Shown here: piece by piece, positions 59,435-64,000 of the stretch
Layout of the letters: every line of letters starts with the position of its first letter
How positions within the stretch are numbered: position 1 is the stretch's first letter
From: Verrucomicrobia bacterium UBA3841
GTDB lineage: Bacteria > Verrucomicrobiota > Kiritimatiellia > RFP12 > UBA1067
DNA: 64,000 nt
Direction: 5' to 3'
Assembly: GCA_002392765.1 (NCBI GenBank)
Contig: DGHT01000022.1
Location: 1,324 to 65,323 of the forward strand
Position numbers and translations under genes: made by a program
The notes under the pieces: model-generated
Seen by the model: the letters and a program-made list of their open reading frames with translations, nothing else
What the model was told of the DNA's origin: nothing
Database searches by the model: none

Positions 59435-60048
59435 AGACAAGAATACTCATTGCAGACGACCACGCCATCATCCGCTACGGACTCGCCTCTCTCATCGCGA
59501 CGCAGCCCGACATGGAAGTCGTCGGACAGGCGAAGAACGGCAGGGAGGCGGTCGACATCGCCTGCAGGACAAATCCCGACATCGTCATCATGGACATTGA
59601 GATGCCCAAGATGGACGGAGTCGAGGCGACGGAGGCTCTGCGCGACAAGGTGCCGTCTGCAAAGGTCGTCGTCCTGACGTCGTTCATCGCCTCCGACAAG
59701 ATTGCCCACGCCCTGGACAGCGGCGCTTCGGGGGCCATAACGAAGACCGCCAACGAGCAGGCCATACTCCCGACACTGCGGAAAATCGCCGCCGGCGAGC
59801 GCGTGATCTCGCCGGACATCAGGCGGCAGCTGGCCGTCGACCCGCCGGTGCCTAAGCTGTCCCCGCGCCAGCGCGAGATACTCGATTCAATAGTACGCGG
59901 GATGACCAACAAGGCGATCGCATCCCAGCTCGGCATCCGCAAGGACGGCGTAGAGAAGCACATCGAGGCGCTTTTCTCGAAGATCGGCGCGGTGAACCGC
60001 GCCGAAGCTGTTGCCATAGCCATGCGAAAACGGCTGCTGAAAACATAG
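59431..60048 (+). CDS. NarL/LuxR-family response regulator
   Basis: MKTRILIADDH..DIVIMDIEMPKMDG receiver domain and LSPRQREILDSIVRGMTNKAIASQLGI HTH. ATGA overlap with the kinase. Confidence 0.9.
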   Translation: MKTRILIADDHAIIRYGLASLIATQPDMEVVGQAKNGREAVDIACRTNPDIVIMDIEMPKMDGVEATEALRDKVPSAKVVVLTSFIASDKIAHALDSGASGAITKTANEQAILPTLRKIAAGERVISPDIRRQLAVDPPVPKLSPRQREILDSIVRGMTNKAIASQLGIRKDGVEKHIEALFSKIGAVNRAEAVAIAMRKRLLKT

Positions 60049-60109
60049 CCGCCGAATTGTTCGCAAACCTCAAATACCAATTCTTTCCGTCGGAAAGGTT
60101 TCTGCGTGC

Positions 60110-60253
60110 CGTCTTTACGCTTTTCCCCACCTGTTTCCACTCTGCGCAACTTGCATCGCCCGGCAATGCGGATTCAAGTCTGCCAACTACCTTACGCACA
60201 TATTCAAGAGGCGCTTCGGCAAGTCGCCCACATCGCTCCGCCGGCATCGCTGA
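60110..60253 (+). pseudogene. AraC-family regulator C-terminal remnant
   Basis: Hand translation ..RLYAFPHLFPLCATCIARQCGFKSANYLTHIFKRRFGKSPTSLRRHR* matches the second AraC HTH (IA..CGF.S..YF...FK..FG.SP...RR). No start codon or N-terminal domain in frame upstream. Confidence 0.5.
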
Positions 60254-60325
60254 TCGCATCTTGCTTAATGTAGCCGCTCCGCGTTTCAAACCCAGGCAGT
60301 TTCATCACGTATGTCTCTGCCTTGT

Positions 60326-60502
60326 TGTGGTATTTTTCTCTCGCAGAGGCGCAGAGTCGCAGAGATGGCGTTTGCGGGCAAAGCGGGGACGGGGAGTTGT
60401 GAAATTGCGGCAACTGGGAAAGTCGGCATCCTGCCGGCGGAATCAAGGAGATGGAGCTTCCAGCTCCGTCTTGCGGACGCGGCAGGATGCCGCATCTCCT
60501 TG
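60326..60502. repeat. Uninterrupted copy of element Y followed by a complete 59-bp cloverleaf element
   Basis: 60326-60370 matches 6552-6589 and 60368-60474 matches 39089-39195. Cloverleaf at 60444-60502: caaggagatg|gagct tcc agctc|cgtc ttgcg gacg|cggca gga tgccg|catctccttg. Confidence 0.9.
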
Positions 60503-60577
60503 TTCCCTTCCAGCTCCTTGCAAACACTATGGGGTTCAGACACCACAGTGTACAAAGTCTATTTCAAGGCTTTGGCG

Positions 60578-62308
60578 TCACTGAAATTCAACAAAGCCCT
60601 TGGCCGTGAGGAACTCCCAGATTCGGTCGAGATACGTGTAGCTGCCCGTTCCCGGCGATGCCTGGCGCTGGAAGCAGTGCGGCCGCTTGGCGAGCGTATG
60701 GAGCTCGCCCTGGATGCCCATGCGCCGGAGCTGCTCCCACGCCTTGACTGAGTTCATCGAAGCCCACCCGTCGGCGTCGCCGTGGACGAATAGAATCGGC
60801 GGCGTGGAGAGGTCGAACGAAAACTCCGGCGCGAGGCGCGCGGAATCGTCGTTGCCGCCGGTTGTGTTGCCGCGTTCCAGTCCGTCCGTGAGGGCGTATG
60901 CGGGGTAGATCGCCACCGCCCACTGCACGTTGCAGGGCAGCTTGTCTATTTCATCCTTTGGCCGGTATGCGTGACGCCTCGAACTCGTCGCACCCATAAG
61001 CGTCAGGTGTCCGCCTGCCGAGGAGCCCATGATGCCGATTCTGTCCGGATCGAGTCCGCGCGACGGCGCCTCGCTGCGGACGATTCTTATGGCGCGCTGG
61101 AGATCCTGCCAGGCGGTGGTGTGCTTGGCGAGCGGTGCCGCGGGGCGGGGCGTACGGTACTTCATCGTCACGACAGTCATCCCTTTTTCGTTGAGGAAGC
61201 GGCGCGCCGGGGCGACTTCAAATCCGTCCGGGCTGTTGCCATTGTAACCGCCGCCTGAATAAATTATCTGGATAGCCTTCGTAGTCGGAGTCGCCGGAAT
61301 GTGCCATTCTATGTAGGGTGTGCACTGATTGGTCTGGACATCCGGCATGGAGCCTTTGGGCCAGATGTTCTCCTTGGAGTATTGCGCACGGGCGGAATCT
61401 GCGGCATAGCGGTCCATCAGAGGAACTTCTGCGCCGAGCGGAAGGAATTCCATCTGGCGCAGGAACTCGACGGCGCGTTCAAAGCCGAGAACGGCGTGGC
61501 CCTTGTCGGGGTAGAGGTGGAGTTCTGCCGGGATCTTCATGCGGCGCAGCTGACGGTAGACGTGAGCAGAACTTGCCGGAGAATACGGGTCGTTTCCGCC
61601 GTGCGACATCCACATGGGGCAGGTTTTCCCGTCAAACTTGAAAACATCGGAGAGTTTTGCGTCGACGGCGTCGCCGTCGCGCGTGTTGGCTACGCCCAGC
61701 CCGTCAGTCATTCCGTAGGCGATAGCGAAAGTGCAGGCGAAATTGATGTTGCACGCAATGCCATCGATCTCGTCTACGGGCTCGTACGCCGGCGTGAGCG
61801 AACTCGTCGCGAGGAGCGTCGCGAGGTGCGAGCCGGCGCTCATCGACATCGTGCCGATCTTGTCGGGACTGAACCCGCGCGCGGCGGCCTCGCGGCGGAC
61901 GAGCCTCACGGCCCTCTGTCCGTCCTCCCAAGCGCTCTGGTAGAACGGAAGGCCGACGGGACGCGGGGTCCGGTGTACGAGATTGACGCATGTCACGCCG
62001 AGCGCAGTAAGTTCGCGTCTCCAGTTTTCCACGTGCTTGACGTCGCACTGGCATCCGTAGCCGCCGCCCGAAATAAGAATAACGCAGACATCGGTCTTGC
62101 CTTCAGCCTTTGGCGCCTCGAACCACTCGATGTACGGACGTCGCCACTCGTCGGCCTTGAAACCATTGGCGCGCGAAACATCTGTCATCGCGGCAATCTG
62201 TCCCGGCTGCGCATCCGGCATGCGCCCTTCCGGCCAAAGATACACCTTTTCGCCGGCCGATGCCGCCAGCGACACCGCGACGGCCAAAAACATCGATATT
62301 TTCCTCAT
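60578..62308 (-). CDS. Secreted tandem alpha/beta-hydrolase (two esterase domains)
   Basis: Two repeats, each with ..ILISGGGY/IIYSGGGY.. and GxSxG (MSMSAGSH, MGSSAGGH). Signal peptide MRKISMFLAVAVSLAASA. Confidence 0.7.
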   Translation of the reverse strand: MRKISMFLAVAVSLAASAGEKVYLWPEGRMPDAQPGQIAAMTDVSRANGFKADEWRRPYIEWFEAPKAEGKTDVCVILISGGGYGCQCDVKHVENWRRELTALGVTCVNLVHRTPRPVGLPFYQSAWEDGQRAVRLVRREAAARGFSPDKIGTMSMSAGSHLATLLATSSLTPAYEPVDEIDGIACNINFACTFAIAYGMTDGLGVANTRDGDAVDAKLSDVFKFDGKTCPMWMSHGGNDPYSPASSAHVYRQLRRMKIPAELHLYPDKGHAVLGFERAVEFLRQMEFLPLGAEVPLMDRYAADSARAQYSKENIWPKGSMPDVQTNQCTPYIEWHIPATPTTKAIQIIYSGGGYNGNSPDGFEVAPARRFLNEKGMTVVTMKYRTPRPAAPLAKHTTAWQDLQRAIRIVRSEAPSRGLDPDRIGIMGSSAGGHLTLMGATSSRRHAYRPKDEIDKLPCNVQWAVAIYPAYALTDGLERGNTTGGNDDSARLAPEFSFDLSTPPILFVHGDADGWASMNSVKAWEQLRRMGIQGELHTLAKRPHCFQRQASPGTGSYTYLDRIWEFLTAKGFVEFQ

Positions 62309-62464
62309 TTTCTCCCTTTCGTTTTTGATGGACTGCTGCTGTCAGCCCGCAAGTACTTTCATATAGTATATCAAATCCCGATTTTGCAGGCAATACACAA
62401 AATTCCGAGGAGGTGGAAACACAGATGCGCCGCAGAGAAGAAACCGTCCCTTTTACTTGCACCA

Positions 62465-63730
62465 TCACAGCGAGACGGTGGATTTTCTGGACATGACAAA
62501 ACCGGCAAGAAAAGAAAACGCGAACGGCAGAAGCAGCATGTTCAATGCCGCGGCTTTGCCGACATCGCTCCATTCTACGCAAAACGTCTCTTCAAGGCGG
62601 GAGACGGGATCGAATGCGTTCAGCGGGGCCGACATTGAAGCGGCAAAGTCGGTAAGAGCCAGGCTCATTCTGTCCACCTTGCTACCTTCCAGCGGATCCG
62701 GATAGCTTTCCGTCACGCTCGGGCTGACCGCCATTACAAACAGGAGCGACAACACGCAGAATACAGCCACGCTTCTGGACAGACACGCGCCCAAAAGCAT
62801 CCCCAGCGACACGAACGCAACGAGCACGCAGGCCATTACGATCACCGCACGCACGAAATTCCACGCCTGCGGACCGGCTGGCGAAAGGAGCAGCAGATCG
62901 GTTCTGGGATGGAGCGAAAGGCCCGTTCTGCCCGTATTCTCGAAAGAAAGTTCCGACGGGCCGTTCTCCGTCCCGGAACCGGCGGCGGCATCGAGGGAAA
63001 CTGTCGCCACGCCCCCGGTCAGAGCGCCTAGGCCTCCCTTGCGTCCGCGGTACGCAAACACGCCAGACGGCGCGTCGAGGCGTCCGAACATTTCCGTAAG
63101 CCGTATCCTGACGGCGGACGCGCCGTCCCCCGCGCCCGGGAACCGCCACGTGTGCGTCTGGCCGGGAGGGATGGTCTCGTATTCGTTCATGACGTGCTGG
63201 ATCAGGTAGCGCATGATGTCCCGCTTGGGCAGCTTCGATGCGCGCTCCCTGAAATCGGGGTAGTCGGCCATGTACTGCGAGTAAAGTTTCCCGGCCGCCT
63301 CGACGGGATCTTCGAGCGCCGGTTCGTACTTGTGCATGCACTGCACTCCCCTTCCGGCGATGCAGAACGCGATCGCCGCGCAGACGGCCAGAACCGCCGC
63401 CCCGGAGAGCGTCATCGCGGCAATCCTTCCGAGCGCCACGGAAAAATGCCGCACGGGGCGCACAAGCGTCAGCTGCAAAATCTTCATGCGGCGGTCCCTG
63501 GAAATCGATCCCGCCGCCGCCGCGGCAAGGCAGACGAGCACTGCGGAGAACACGATTCCGAGCGAATACCTCAAATAAAGCGCGCGGAAACCTTCCGCCG
63601 TACCGTCGCCCGTTATGAGATACTTCGCGGCGACGGTCCACGCGGCGGACGCCGTAAAGAGCATCGCAAGCGTCTTCGACCGCGCCAGGGCCAGAGCCTC
63701 CAGGCGGAATATCGCCCAGAACCCTCTCAT
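62465..63730 (-). CDS. ABC-2-type transporter permease
   Basis: Start MRGFWAIFRLEALAL at 63730, overlapping the ATPase stop. Multiple hydrophobic helices. Confidence 0.6.
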   Translation of the reverse strand: MRGFWAIFRLEALALARSKTLAMLFTASAAWTVAAKYLITGDGTAEGFRALYLRYSLGIVFSAVLVCLAAAAAGSISRDRRMKILQLTLVRPVRHFSVALGRIAAMTLSGAAVLAVCAAIAFCIAGRGVQCMHKYEPALEDPVEAAGKLYSQYMADYPDFRERASKLPKRDIMRYLIQHVMNEYETIPPGQTHTWRFPGAGDGASAVRIRLTEMFGRLDAPSGVFAYRGRKGGLGALTGGVATVSLDAAAGSGTENGPSELSFENTGRTGLSLHPRTDLLLLSPAGPQAWNFVRAVIVMACVLVAFVSLGMLLGACLSRSVAVFCVLSLLFVMAVSPSVTESYPDPLEGSKVDRMSLALTDFAASMSAPLNAFDPVSRLEETFCVEWSDVGKAAALNMLLLPFAFSFLAGFVMSRKSTVSL

Positions 63731-64000
63731 GCCAGAAACTCCGCCACTTTGAAATTCCTGGCGTCGCCGACCTTGGCAAGGAAATACTCTTCGAGGGAAG
63801 AGCCCATGTCGGCGATTCTCCCCTCGGCGGCCTTCTCGCCGCGATTGAGAATGACAACCGTGTCGCACACGTCCTGCGCGTCGGCAAGAAGATGCGAAGA
63901 CATGACAATCGTCATGCCTGCGGCGGAGAGCGTCTTTACGAGCGTCTTGACCTCGCTTGTGGAAACGGGGTCGAGTCCGCTCGTGGGCTCGTCCATGACA
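63727..64000 (-). CDS. ABC transporter ATP-binding protein (partial, continues beyond the window)
   Basis: DEPTSGLDP (Walker B/D-loop) and SSHLL H-loop. The N-terminus lies off-window. Confidence 0.8.
   Translation of the reverse strand, partial: VMDEPTSGLDPVSTSEVKTLVKTLSAAGMTIVMSSHLLADAQDVCDTVVILNRGEKAAEGRIADMGSSLEEYFLAKVGDARNFKVAEFLA

Noticed and set aside
60057-60584. 175-aa plus-strand ORF and the overlapping minus-strand ORFs 59852..60289, 60204..60527 and 60286..60555
   Set aside because: They run through the repeat elements Y and Z and the AraC remnant in the wrong frame. The peptide strings QGDGAS(C/S)SV recur wherever the cloverleaf repeat is translated, so they are repeat artefacts.

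Overview
High-GC bacterial window, annotated by hand from motifs only; no searches were run. It has three parts.

**(1) Host left flank, 1-6589, minus strand.** It carries the start of the dcw cluster (mraZ-rsmH-ftsL-like-ftsI). A DUF4186 gene and umuD-umuC follow directly where mur genes would normally sit.

**(2) Mu-like transposable prophage, about 32.5 kb, 6590-39088.**
- The ends resolve to the base: TG...CA termini, imperfect terminal inverted repeats, and a 4-5 bp target duplication (gcgt/gcgtt).
- It sits inside one copy of a dispersed repeat. An uninterrupted copy of that repeat lies at 60326-60502 and serves as an in-window empty site.
- Unlike Mu, the early operon runs leftward on the minus strand: Ner/Cro-like, small ORFs, DUF3102, MuA-like transposase, MuB-like ATPase, Gam, HD, ASCH, GemA-like.
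- An XRE repressor plus a low-GC moron run rightward, followed by the late operon. The late operon holds candidate lysis genes, terminase, DUF935 portal, Mu-I protease/scaffold, DUF2190, capsid, adaptor, accessory and fibre genes, a MuF-like protein with a nuclease-like tail, tube, frameshifted chaperone, a short tape measure, and low-GC tail-tip genes.

**(3) Host right flank, 39089-64000.** A roughly 18-kb minus-strand glycan-degradation operon includes a 1878-aa GH127-like/GH3-C/GH89 fusion, an SGNH esterase, a GH2 plus beta-helix protein, a PATR surface protein and a LamG/GH/CBM9 protein. After it come a two-component system, an AraC remnant, a tandem esterase and an ABC exporter.

**Most unusual signal.** Small structured repeats are spread through both host and phage DNA:
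- 59-bp cloverleaf palindromes showing stem covariation;
- GCGAAGC mini-hairpin elements;
- degenerate 7-9-mer tandem arrays that sit at gene junctions, form hairpin arms, and are read in-frame inside umuD, umuC, terminase and portal.

The track's many long antisense ORFs are GC-driven shadows.
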